DNA of 64,000 bases, from the NCBI GenBank assembly GCA_965153285.1, contig OZ229114.1. One strand, written 5' to 3'. The notes beneath the pieces are model-generated. The model did not search any database. It worked only from the letters and a program-made list of their open reading frames with translations, and was not told the DNA's origin. Below, one piece after another: positions 47,059-59,100 of the stretch. Source of the DNA: Podarcis tiliguerta. Its lineage: Eukaryota. The number at the start of each line of letters is the position of its first letter. Position 1 is the first letter of the stretch. The translations under genes and the position numbers were made by a program.

Positions 47059-50000
47059 TCAGGAGGCTGCCTCCTGTGCTGGCAGCGGCACCACTTCTGC
47101 TAGCCACAGCAGGTCCAGCTGTGCCGCGTGCAACTGCTTCTGGTGGATGCGGCGCAGACGGAAGAGGTAGAGTCCAATTGCAAGCATCACCACAAGAATG
47201 CACACAAAGAAAAGATAGTGGTTATAAACAAAGGAGAGGCGGAGCCAAGGGCTGCGAGGTTGGTGGATGCTCTCCTGGCGGAGATCCCTGAAAAGCAAAG
47301 AAAAATCAGTCTGAAGTTAAAATGTGAAGCTGCGCTAAGCTTGAATCTCTTGCAACTAGCAGACAAAGAAGCATTCCAGATACTGCAGTAAGTATGATTC
47401 CCAAATACCTGGCTTTTCTCAGGCCTATGCCCTACAGACCATTTGTAAATAGATGAGAGGTGTCAAAAACATAGGTTTAGTTTTTTAACATTTATACACC
47501 ATGTTTCCTACTGATAAAGGATCAACTTCCTTTTCATGCAGGCTCTGTGCTTCATTGAGAGTGCATTTGATGTCTCTCCCTTAGGTACCTCTTAAAACAT
47601 ACCAGGTCTCTGCATGTGTCTGCTTTCTCCTTTTCTGTTTTTTCAGAAAAGCACTGCTGGCAGATCAGTTGCTTTCTCAAGTTTAAAAAATGAAACTTCA
47701 GACTTTAAACACAGAGTACTGAACTCTTCCATGTTTCAAGCTCAATTCTATGCATGCTTATTGAGAGTAAGCCCTCCTCATCTTGAACTCTGTGAGGCTT
47801 ACTCCCAAGTTCGCATATTAAGATGACTGAACACTCTAATTAGGGCTAGAAAACCAGCATTTTACTCCTAGTCAAATGCCATGGTCCAGTTCTTTACTGA
47901 AGACCTTGTTTGAAACACTGATTCTGAAGTAACCAAAAGAACTCTACCACTCTTAAGATGAGAAAACATGCAGTGGGCAGCAATTTAGGTTACCTGAGTG
48001 GCAGAAAGCGAGTTTTATAGAGAATGGCTCCCAGTGTCCATTGTACCTCACGATCATACACCAACTGGGCTGTGCGCAGACCAGAATAATCCTTGGGGAA
48101 ATGAAAGCCTTCATGAAGGACTTGGTGCATCCATGCTGATTTGAAGCACTGGTACCTGCAAGCAGAGCATAGAGACTCCATCACAAATACGCTGGACTGA
48201 GGCTCATCAGTTGAGAAGACTGCTGGGAGGCAATCTTACCCCCACCCCTTCACCGTCCATGGAGGAAGAGTTAAGGACCAAGCACATTCTCTGTGAAAGG
48301 GAAGAATGGATTCTTACTTGACACGGTGCAGATCTGCATGTGCTGAGTATAGGTGGTCTCGGAACCTCTGGGTCAGTAAGGACCAGCTCAGGCTGCAATA
48401 ATCCTGGAAGGAGGCAAAAGACATGAGTGGGCACAGAAACAACACCCCCTATCCTGGCAAAGTGATCACATACTTTAGAGTCACCTGGGCAGCACGTGTG
48501 AACGTGGGCATGTGGTACAGTCCTCCCAGGCGCAGCACATCTTCGGTGCAGTAGTAGAATTCAGAGAACCCATAGAATTCGCTGTTAACAAAGTCAATGG
48601 GTGCCTGATAGGTGTTGCGCAGAGAGACCGTGGTTCTGTTGTCTCCCGCCAGCAGGAGGCGCACTTGCTTCGCACACGACTGCCAGTCCCCCTGGCCCTT
48701 GATGTGCAGGGTCTGGCCGCCATGCTCCACAACATCCTCCAGTCCCACAGGCAGGCAGGGGTCCAAGACGGGCACACCAGCATTTGCGCCAAGCTGCTCA
48801 CCCTGTAACCTGCAACAACAGCCTAAGCTTCAGGGTTGGGAAAACACAGACATCCCCAGCGGCAAGTTATGATCGGTGAGTTCTTCCGTGCCACCCCGAA
48901 ACAGGCTAGAGGTATGCATGTGGACCATCAAAAACTTCTCCCATTGATCTCATCACTCAGGGAGCCTGCCTCCTACAAATAAACACACACCCTCTCCCAG
49001 GATGCCACACCTTGAACTTCTGGGGGCAGTGGAATCCAGAGCTGCCTTTAGCCAGACCTTTTGAAACCTGGCAGCATGAGGACATCACCTGTTGCGGGCG
49101 GTGGTCTGATTCAGCACCAGCTCTTCATAGCGCTGTCGGGCATAGTTGCCCCCAAAGCCCAGGAAGGTGCTGACGTAGACTCGGTACACATGCTTTGTGT
49201 GTTGCATGTCACAGCCAAGGTTGAAATCAGCAAGCAGGCTCTTGGCAGCTTCCTCCTGTCGGTAGCAGAGGGGAGGGTGGCAGGGGGGAGGGAGAGAGGG
49301 AGTAAGAAACAGTGCCCAACCTGGACCATAGCACATATTTCCTTCCCAAGCTACACACCTCCTGCGGGGAAGAGAAGGACGTGGAAGTCGGCACCTCATA
49401 GGCGATTTGCAGAGAGGCACCTCCCATGTCAAGGATCCCAACGGTCCTCTTTCGCACCAGGGTTTCTTCCTGGCCAGCCAGGGTCACAGAAATCACTGCA
49501 TCTTCCTCTACAATCCCAGAGGGAGGGAGAGAAAGAGAAAGAGAAAGAGAGAGTTTCCAAAGCAATGGAAAATGGAGGTGGAAGATGGCACATCCCCATA
49601 CCTCTTGGGCTGAACACTAGAAATGTCTAGGGTTTGAGGGGGCAGAAGTTAGGGAAGAAGTGGGGATCAGCTCTAGACTCTCTTGCTCACCTTCACTCCT
49701 GCTAAACTGCAGAATGGGAAGGGGCCTTAGGTCAGGTCATGAGGGAAAGCCAAATCTCCATTCCTGCTGGGAATCGAGCAAACTGTGCTGGAGATTCCCT
49801 CCCTCAAGAGGGAACTGAGCCAAAAGAGAAAACTTCTACCCACCCATTCAACTCCACTGTCCCTTTCCCGCAGTCTCACCTTCTTCGTGGTCAAATCTTC
49901 CCAATACAAAGTTGATGCCTATCCAAGAATAGACTCCTGGGAAATTGGGGGAGGGGAAAGAAAGAGAATCAAGAGCAGTGTTGGGTTCCTTGAAGGTACA

Positions 50001-50965
50001 GGACTTTGTGTGATGCTTGAGTAGCACCCTGTGAAGTTTGAGGGGAGGGAACAACCCCAAGGGACAGGCACCGCCAGCAGCAAGTTAAGCTGGTGTAACA
50101 GCTAGCTAAACCCCCAGATCCTGTGCAGTGCTGGCTCACTACCTACCTTCCCCCCCTCTCCCTTCATCCTTTGCCAAACTCCCTAAGAAGGAGTGAGCGA
50201 GCCTTTCTGGCCCAACACCTACCTTCTTGCTTCCCAGAGATCACTTCTGCCTGAGATTCTGAGAAGAGGAAATCAAATTCCAAGGGCACATCCCTCACCA
50301 GGTCTGCCAGGATGGCCGTCTGCTGCCTGCGAAGATCCACAAGCAGACAAACTGAGCAGCTGCCATTTCTTTGTACTGAAATATAATGAGCCCCCCTCTC
50401 CACTGCTGAATGGCCAAGATGTCTAACTCCACCTCATTTCAAAACTCCACCTCATTTCAAAAACCTGTCCTTTTGTCCCCCTGTGCAAGTCACCCTTCTC
50501 ACTTGGTCTCTTTCCAGCCATGAATCTGCAAACACACAACTTCATAAGCAAGACTTAATTTTCAGCTCCACTTTGGGTGGAGATGACCCATTGCTCACTA
50601 TCAAGTTAGGGAACCCTGTGTGGGAATGTTGTGGATAATAGGAGAGGATATATTGATTAAATATTATCCTTCCTCACTCACGTTAGTGAGGTAGTATCAA
50701 TCTCCATCGTTCAGCACTGAGGTCCAGCGCCGAGGGCCTTCTGGTGGTTCCCTCACTGTAAGAAGTGAGGTTACAGGGAACCAGGAAGAGGGCCTTCTCA
50801 GTAGTGGTGCCCGCCCTGTGGAACACCTTGACATCTGAAGGCAGCCCTGTTTAGGGAAGTTTTAAATGTTTGAAGTTTTATTCTGTTTTTAATGTTCTGT
50901 TGAAAGCCACCCAGAGTGGGTGGGGAAACCCAGCCAGATGGGCGGGTAGAAATAATAAATTATTA

Positions 50966-51015
<50 letters not shown>

Positions 51016-54000
51016 TACTACTAGTAACAGAGCACATTCCCTTGCACATTGCTGGAAGCTAGTTGATGGATTTGTTAGAATCATTTGAATTGAGCAATTC
51101 AGTCTGGCTTGTCCAGATTGGATTGTTCCTGGTAAATTTCCCCTTTAGTTCCCTCTTAAAAACAATGACATGACAGTTACAGTTGTAGAGAAAAGAAGTC
51201 TGAGCTAGGCCTCAGACTTTCTACCTTGTGGTTTCCATCCTCTGTAAGGATGAGCCATGTGCTGCTGGCTAAGAGCCAGCAGAGGAGTCGCAAAAGAGCA
51301 GCAAAAGAGGAAGATGGCTGTGTGACTGGCCCTTTTATAGGGTCTGCTAGGGTCACACCCATCTACCTGGTCACACACAGGGGGAGGATGCTCCAGAGCA
51401 GGTATGACAGGAAATCCTCCCTGTCTGGAGCAACATTCCCCTGTGTGTCCACTCTTGGAAACAGGAAATGCTGTATTTGACTGCTACAGTGAAGATACAC
51501 CCCACACCCTGTCCCGTTCCACTTCAGGATGCAAAGTCCACCTGTATCTCCAAGAGATACTTCCTGCTCCCCAGTCCCAAGCCTACTCTGCTCAGGTCTT
51601 GGAAAAATATAGCTCACTCACCAGTCAGGCAGCAGTCTCATTCCTGCAGTACACAAAATGTAGAGGGGAGTCTCCTTGTGCTTGGTACTGGGCACATAGG
51701 CAGCAGCAAAGCTGAGCAGCGGCCTGATGTAGTCACTAGCTTTGTCTGGAGTGGCTGCCAGAGTAGAGATCCCTGTACAATGAAAAGGGAATATTCCCTC
51801 AGCTGCCATCTCTACAGAACAACTCTGCCCACCTCCAGGTGCTTGGTGCTTGTGGGTTCACAGCCACCAACAAAAAAAGGCATTTGGAAATCTCCAAACC
51901 TGGCTTGATCTTCTTGACAACAGGCTGGCCGTTACGGTCTCGCATCTGCCGGATGTCCAGCAGGTCGTGCGGATTCCCATTGTGTGGTGGCCAAAAGTAT
52001 ACAAAGACCCGGGACCCGCTGCTCCCGCAATCAATAACCACCCCGTAATTGAGAGATGGGTTATTTGTGTCCGTTGCCTCCAAGGTATGAAACCGTTCCA
52101 GGTACCTGCAAGGGGAATGAGGAAGATTTGGAGTTAAGAGACAGAGACCAGACCAAACAGTCTTCACACCCCTAAAAGAAAAAGAAAAAGGCAGATCCAG
52201 CATTCCATAGAACGCCTGCTCTGGTTTTTCAGAGGCTGTCTATTATTGCACAACAGCAATAATAGGAATTACAGGAACACAAAATGCCTATATCACTTCT
52301 CCATAAATGCTTCAAGCGATGCTGACCCAGCATGTGCATCCAGTCCCTGCGGAGGCTCTCGTTCCCCCTTCTAGAAACCAGAGGAAAGTTATTGGATTAG
52401 GCACTGGCTTCAGCTCCCCAGGAACCAGAGAACTGAAGCAGATATCCCAACCCACCCACTTTGTGCCATTTCATCGGGGCAATCAGAAAACAGGACTGGG
52501 AGACCACAGCATGTCCAGCCATTAAGAAGAAAGCTAACCAAATTAGTGGGTTTTGCAGATCCATTAGACAGAGAATTCATGCCACCTTAGTTCTTATTGA
52601 TCCTGCTCCCCTTTCTTGTGCTGAAGGAAATTCTGGCTCAGTCAGCACAGCCTCTGCTGCTTCCCCCACCCAGCAGCAGCAGCAGTGGAACAAAGTAAGG
52701 GTTGAATAAGGCCATCCCACAGCCAACTGCCATAGGGCCAAATGTTCCAACATCCTGACTTTTGCAGAAGAGGGCATGGATTCCCTGGGCACTCAGCTAG
52801 AGCAGCAGCTCTCACAAATGCCAGGCACCATCCCAAGTATTCTAGTTGGATTTCCCCATGGACACAGGAGCCAAGAGATGTACAAATACATTTGCATTTT
52901 ATCTAAGAGGGAGGAGAAGCCAGACCTATCACAGACAGAAGGTCAGGTCACAAAAGTTACGGCATAAGCTACTATATCAGTCTTTGTTTACATCTGTTAA
53001 TCAGCATTCACGGAAGGAGGAAAGGGCGAAGGAAAAGGAGAAGCAGGAAGACCCAAGGCCTGCCATGTGGTAGGACTACCATGGCTGAGGCAGTGCCAGG
53101 CCCTCTAAACTGTGTCAGGTGGGACAAGAAGTTGATCAGAGTCTGAGTTCCAGAGGAGCCATTGAATGTCACATTATTTGAGTACAGTAATTGGTAGTCT
53201 GTCCCAACAAGAAAATTCTGTCCAATCCACATCACATCGAAAAAATAAAAGCCATGCAGCTAAATGCATCTTGTAGGATCAGCTCTGCTCTTGAAGGAAG
53301 AGGCACAAGCATTGGTCCCAGGTCCAGCAATGAACCTGCTGAAGGTAAGCTGGTGTGCATCTGATGAATGGCTGGGGTAACCCAGCCAGATGAGCAGGGC
53401 ATTATTATTTATTATTATTGCCAGGATGGGCTCACCTTGGATTCCTATATATGCCACCTTGAGTTCCACAATGAAAGAAAAGCAGGATATACATTCGATA
53501 ATTAATAAATATAATTACTGCAGGATGTAATGCAAATAAATGCTGGATGTTAACTGGATATTATGCAAACAAAAGCTGCAGCAGAAATGCCCTTTTAAAA
53601 TTAAAGGCAAGTTGCTACCTGCCATAAGGGAAGCAGAGAGAATGTATACAATGTGAATGTATAGTTTAGAGGAAATGTGAATTTAAAAGTAATTACCAAT
53701 CTCTCCTTTGGTCTGAAAATGACTTGTTTAAGGTGGTTGTCAAATACAAATAGCTGGCTTTTGCCAAAACATTTACCCTACCTTTATCTTAATGGCCCAT
53801 TTTAAAGTGATAACATCAACAAGTCTAGACTTGTCAATCTTATAAAGAACCGCAGCTGGAGAGACCCTCTTTAGCATATCAAATAAAATTCTGGCTTCAG
53901 AGGAAGTACTGTCATTTTCCAGCAGACCATGAGACGTCTGGTTCAGATTGGGGGATCCTAACTTAGAATCTTAAAACTATCCCTTTATTTCTTAAGATGC

Positions 54001-57000
54001 AACTGGGGGACAGGCAGTATTGCCAATAGAAAATCAAAAGCTTTCATCTTGACTTAAAGAACTGCTCTTTGTCATCTTATGGACAGAAATGTAAATAATT
54101 ACTTCCTAGTTTAGTAATTTTTAATTCTTAGTAATCTGCCAAGCATATTTAACACCAACGAAGAACCAGTTAGTAATGTTAAGAAGTTTTGTTGTTGTTG
54201 TTTTTTACCTTTTGTTTTCTTTATGAGTTGCTTGTTGTCTTTTATGCTTTCCTATCTCTCTGGTGTTATATTTACTGACAACTTCCTTTCTTTAGGAACA
54301 GCAGACTGGTGTTAATACTTCAAGTCACACATCTAGTCATTTTGAAATTGTACTCATCTTAAGAGGAGTGGGTATAGGGAAAAGTGAGGTGTCTGAAGTG
54401 GGAAGCCTCTTCTCCACATGGCAGTTCCTTGTGCGATTTAGAAGTCTGCTAAATCAGGACTTCACACACAGAGAGAGAAAGAGAGAGAGAGAGAGAGAAA
54501 GCTCTGAACTTCGTAGAGATGATGCTGTGGAGAGGGTTTTGCAGCACAGTTCTCCAGCTTCTCCTCACATTTTTGCTTACATGTGAAGCCTGAATACCCA
54601 AACAGGGACTGTGTAAAAGAAGGTGGGCAAACCAGCTCAAGCAACTGCTTCTATGCCAGATACCTCACACTTTCCAATTGCAGAACACCAACTGGCAGCA
54701 GAATTGCCAGTCCCCTGTGCAAACGTACTGAAGAGCATTATATGTGTGGGTTGGGAATCATTTAAGGGCAAAATTTGGGACTTCCCAGCAGTTAAACCTT
54801 GGGTTCTTATGTTGACACGCTGACAGTCCTTCGTTCCCAACATTTCACTAAATGAAGAGCGCCAACAGAAGCCCTGTGAAAGCACCGCTCAGCAGGACTA
54901 GCGCAGCATCTTCCTCCTCCCCCTCCAGCTTAAAAGGGCTTCAGCCTTTGTTGGTGGGAAAATGCCAGCTGAACTCAGTCCATGTGGCTTCTTCCTATCA
55001 CTCCCATTTTGCTATTGGATGGGAACTGTGAAATATGCCCTGCCATTTCCTTTGTGGTTTTTTCCATCAAGCATCTCCTTTTCTACTGCTATATTTGTGT
55101 TACACAAAAAAATGCAGAACGATATGCCCAATTTTGTAATCCAAGACCGGGATCGTAGAAGAACAGAGGGGAAAGGAGGGGGATAGTAGGACTTTGTGTG
55201 CCATAGAAACTGCCACCTTGTTTGGTGCCACTAACTCCCCCCTTCCCCATAGTTTCCCCAGGAAACCAGATTCTACATTATGCTTAGCATGTATAGCAAG
55301 GGTGAGGAACCTGTCCCCCCCCCCCACCAGGTGGTGTTAGGACTCCCAACTCCTGTTAGTAACAGTGACCATTGTCAATTGTCAGGAACAATGAGCCTTG
55401 TAGTCCAACATCTAGAGCAGGGGTAGCTACCCTTGGCTCTCCATCTGTTGATAAACTTCAGTTCCCATCATCCCCAACTATTGGTCATGTTGGCCAGGGA
55501 TGATGGGATTTGGGACTCCAAAAACACCTAGAGGGAACCCCAAAGTACAGAATAATCTTAGCTTTGATTAAAAGGCACACAGTACTTTCTAACCCTAAAG
55601 ACACCTTTATGCCCTTTAGGGTTGGTTTCATTTCATGCATAAACTAATTTGTCTTGCTGGACAATTGCTTCCTTAAACCCATTTCATTTCCTGTGGCTCT
55701 CCTCTATTTTAGAGCAGGAAAAAAATAATTATATCTGGCTTTATCTCACAAAGATGTGCAAAAATGATATTTTGTGCTGCTGTACCTTACTTTAGAACAT
55801 AGTTTTTCAGAAGTCTGTTGGCTGCCCTAGCTGTCTCAGAGCAGTACTGTGCTGTATTCTTAACTAATCTCTCTATGCGTTTTGTAGGGTACAAAGTGGC
55901 CTTTATGCCTAAATGAACAAGCCATTTCAGAAGCAATTAATTTAGAATGCTTTGCTAAAGCTTAGCTAACTTGGAAAGGCAAGCAATGGAAGTCGACTGA
56001 CTCCTTTGAAAGCATCTTTTTGCCTTATCTTAGCATACTTCATGCCAGTGCCGTCACATTCACCCACCTTTCAGACTGCCAGTCCCGAGAACTAGTTTTC
56101 CAACGCCATAGATTTGTGATTCCCACAAGTAGCAAAATACTGGCTGCAAGTAAGAGGCCCAGCAGGCCCAGCCGCTGACGGAGACAAAGGCTCACTGAAG
56201 GCACTGTGAAGTGCCAAGATGCTGGACACAGGCAGGAAAAACTGATCCTGGAAGAGGGGAAAAATCAGATTAAACAGTTGTTAAACGTCTAGCAAAGCCT
56301 CATCGGTCAGCCACAGGTCCTTGCCAACAAGAAATCCAAGTGCTGAAGCTTCCAACATACACAGCTAAACCAGCATAGCCTACAGCTGGAAGTTTGGTAC
56401 AGGAGGATCCTTCTTCCAAAGCAGCTGGGAATGTAACAAGGAGCAGACGGGACCCATGTGAGTACTGAGTACTGCAGTCTTAAAACAATATTTAGCGGCA
56501 TTGGCAACCTTGCATCTAAACAAGCCAATTGAGTCAGCTAGCAATAGCTTGCAATTAATCACCGACAACACAAGCCTATGCATGTTCATTCAGAAGTACA
56601 TCCTGCTACATTCATTGGGCTTACTCCCCGGGATTGCAGCCATAATCATTAACACAGCTTTGTGGAAAGGCACACATGACGTGCATTGTACATTTTCAAT
56701 CTTTCCTAACTTGCAGGTGGGCCTCTGCTATGTTCTTCGTTCCCACTTCCCCTTTCCCAACCATGCATTTGGGACTTGAATAATAATGGGGTTAAAGTGC
56801 TGGGAAACAATCACAGATACTCTGCAGACTTGGAAACACTCGGGCTGCCCTTCTACCCTGCACCGATTAGCACCAAGCTGTGATCTTTGAACTTAAGTGG
56901 CTGCTAGCCAGGTTGGCTGTAACAGCAGAGCTTTTTAAGACATACTAGCCTCACAGAGGGAGCAAGGGAAGAGGCTGACAGCGTCATTGTAACTTGGGTC

Positions 57001-57490
57001 ACCAGGGGCAGGGGAGCAGAAGAGAAGGGTAGATAACGCTGTGTGTATCCCAATCTCTGAGCGGCAAGAGAAGATCGTGCCATGAGCACAAATCAAAAGG
57101 CAACGCCAAAGTTTTCAGGAAGAACAGCAAAGCAGTTCTAAATGCAAAACCCCGTCCCAAAGCCATGCCGATCAACAAGCAATCTCGAACCCAGATCAGT
57201 GCTGGGATATATCTCATTTTCAGGTCAATAGATCTTTGTAGGATTCTTCACTTTCTTTGTTGATCTCCCCCTGCGCTTGTGGGTCAGAGGTCTCAAACTC
57301 CAGCCCCCAAGGCTCCCACAGCGCACCTGCTCTTCCAGTGGCATCAAGGTCGCCACCGCCCTGCCTAGCAGCCGGGAAGCGACCCACGCCCACGGGGTAC
57401 GACGAGGCAGAGGAAGCCGACAATGCCGGAAAGAAGACGGCGCGGGTAATCCGGAGGGGGACCTGCGATCCCATCGCCTCACCTGGCCAT
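47059..57490 (-). CDS. ENTPD7: Ectonucleoside triphosphate diphosphohydrolase 7 (LALP1), 12 coding exons, 607 aa
   Basis: Coding exons (minus): 57483-57490 (ATGGCCAG|gtgag), 56068-56247, 51900-52105, 51622-51772, 50223-50326, 49880-49936, 49359-49507, 49089-49255, 48485-48809, 48318-48403, 47994-48155, 47059-47287 (1824 nt). Apyrase conserved regions DCGSSGSR, CTAGMRLL, ISGKQEG, LDMGGASLQ, WTLGA; N- and C-terminal TM helices. Exon 2 acceptor at 57583; non-coding exon 1 donor (GTAAGT) at 57832. Confidence 0.95.
50710..51018 (+). mobile_element. L2 LINE 3' end with (ATT)n tail
   Basis: AGGGCCTTCTCAGTAGTGGTGCCCGCCCTGTGGAAC...AGCCACCCAGAG...GATGGGCGG, followed by an ATT microsatellite at about 50958-51018. 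Confidence 0.65.
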
Positions 57491-59100
57491 GTGCTCGCCC
57501 ACAGTCTGTCAGCTTCCAGTGCGGGTCCCGGGAGGAAGTAGCATCTCTTTCGGTCCCTCCAAGTTGCGGGATGATCCTGGACCCTGAAAAAAAGGAAGAG
57601 ACGGAGTGGTTAAACCAGGGACCAGCGCCGACGACCTTCCCGCCTCTACCCCCTGAAAGGGCCACAAAATTGGTCCGTTAATTAATGCTCCGCATTTCAT
57701 CCCATGCTGAGAGCAGCTTCACAGAGAGAGAGACGCGCCTCTGGCCGCAGAGGAGGCTCCTCCGCCCGGCAGTGCCGCGGTTCCCTTTCCACACAGGCGG
57801 TTCTCCCCGCTTCCCCGGGGAGCCGACTTACCGCTTCCTTCTCCCCGCGCTCGCCGTCCGGCGCCACGACTTCGTCGGCCCTTTGCTCCAGCCACGTCCC
57901 CAGGGCGACCGGGCTGGGGGGCAGCCAATGGCAGAGCCCGTGTAAGGTTGACGCAACGGAACCGAGTCGGCCTGGGCTCCGCCTCCCGCGGCGGGCAGCC
58001 AACCAGCTGCGCTTTCCGAAGGGCACGCCGCGCTTCCCAGGACGGGACCCGATACTCTCCTCAAGTGTCATTCAGTAATTTCCAACACGTCACAAGCTCT
58101 GGGCCAACCCGGCGAGGGTCATTCGGGCGGGTTTTCGTTACGTCATGCGTACATTGCCCAATTCGTAGGCCCAAGGGTAGCTTTTCAACGTAGACCTTGT
58201 CTTCGCCGGGACGCGCAGGCGCCCTGTTGCCCATTCGCAGCTCCCAGTCAACCCTCACACTGCATGTTTGGTCCACCAATGTACAGGCATATTCTTCCCA
58301 CGGCAACGTCATCACTGAAAGCAAGCCAACCAACATCCACAAACAAACCCCACGCACCATAGAAAACTGCGCAGCCTTATTACAAGCCTGTCACTTTGAA
58401 CGGCAGGCATCGTAGCCAATAATTTTCTCCTTTTCCTCACGTATCTCGAATAAAGCGGAAAAGTAGCCAATCGGGTGAGGAACGAACGAAAGGTCAAAGA
58501 GGTATTGCCCAATATCCTCTCTGGATGGGCGGGAGACAGGACGGACGTTAGCCAATGGAAGCGAGCGTGAGTCGCAGCCTACCAATGGACATTGGCTCGG
58601 GGCGGCGCGAAAACCGTCGGCGGCCAATGAGTGACATCCATGGGCGGGGCGGACAGAGCGGGAGCCGCAGGACCGAGTGTGCAGCCCGCAACGGACTCGA
58701 CGGCGGTGCCATGGAGCTCGGGGCGGGCGGCGCGGCAGGGCCCGGGCAGCGCGGTGGGGCAGAGCCGGGCCGCCAGCTCCTCCTGCTGCTGGGCGGGGGC
58801 GACGGTGGAGGGGCGGGTTGGGCGTGGCCGGCGGGGGGTGGCGGGGCGGGAGGGACTGGCACGGACACGGAGGCCGGCCCGGAGCCGGACTACGAGGCCC
58901 TCCCGCGGGGCTCCGCCGCCTCCACCCACATGCTCGCAGGGGCTGTGGCGGGGGTGCTGGAGCACAGCCTCATGTACCCGGTGGACTGTGTCAAGGTGAG
59001 CACGGGCGCCGAGCTGCTCTCGCGCCTCCGGGAGCAGGGCGGGTGCTGGCGGGGGGGCGGGAAGCTGAGACGAGACGAGACGAGGGAGTTCATGGGCAGG
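57270..59100. promoter_or_regulatory. CpG island / bidirectional promoter for ENTPD7 and SLC25A28
   Basis: CpG-dense. ENTPD7 exon 1 donor at 57832 and SLC25A28 ATG at 58711. Ten CCAAT boxes, GC boxes, and CRE-like TTACGTCAT at 58138. Confidence 0.85.

Noticed and set aside
50870-51088. Poly-Ile ORFs on both strands
   Set aside because: Translation of the (ATT)n tail of an L2 fragment.
56904-57089. ORF containing MARSS... that resembles the ENTPD7 start
   Set aside because: No GT donor follows ATGGCACG. The real coding start is ATGGCCAG|gtgag at 57490.
58555-58710. In-frame upstream ATGs (58555, 58585, 58627) extending SLC25A28
   Set aside because: Each is the tail of a CCAATG box and probably lies upstream of the TSS. 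ATG 58711 has the strong Kozak context and the expected MEL start.
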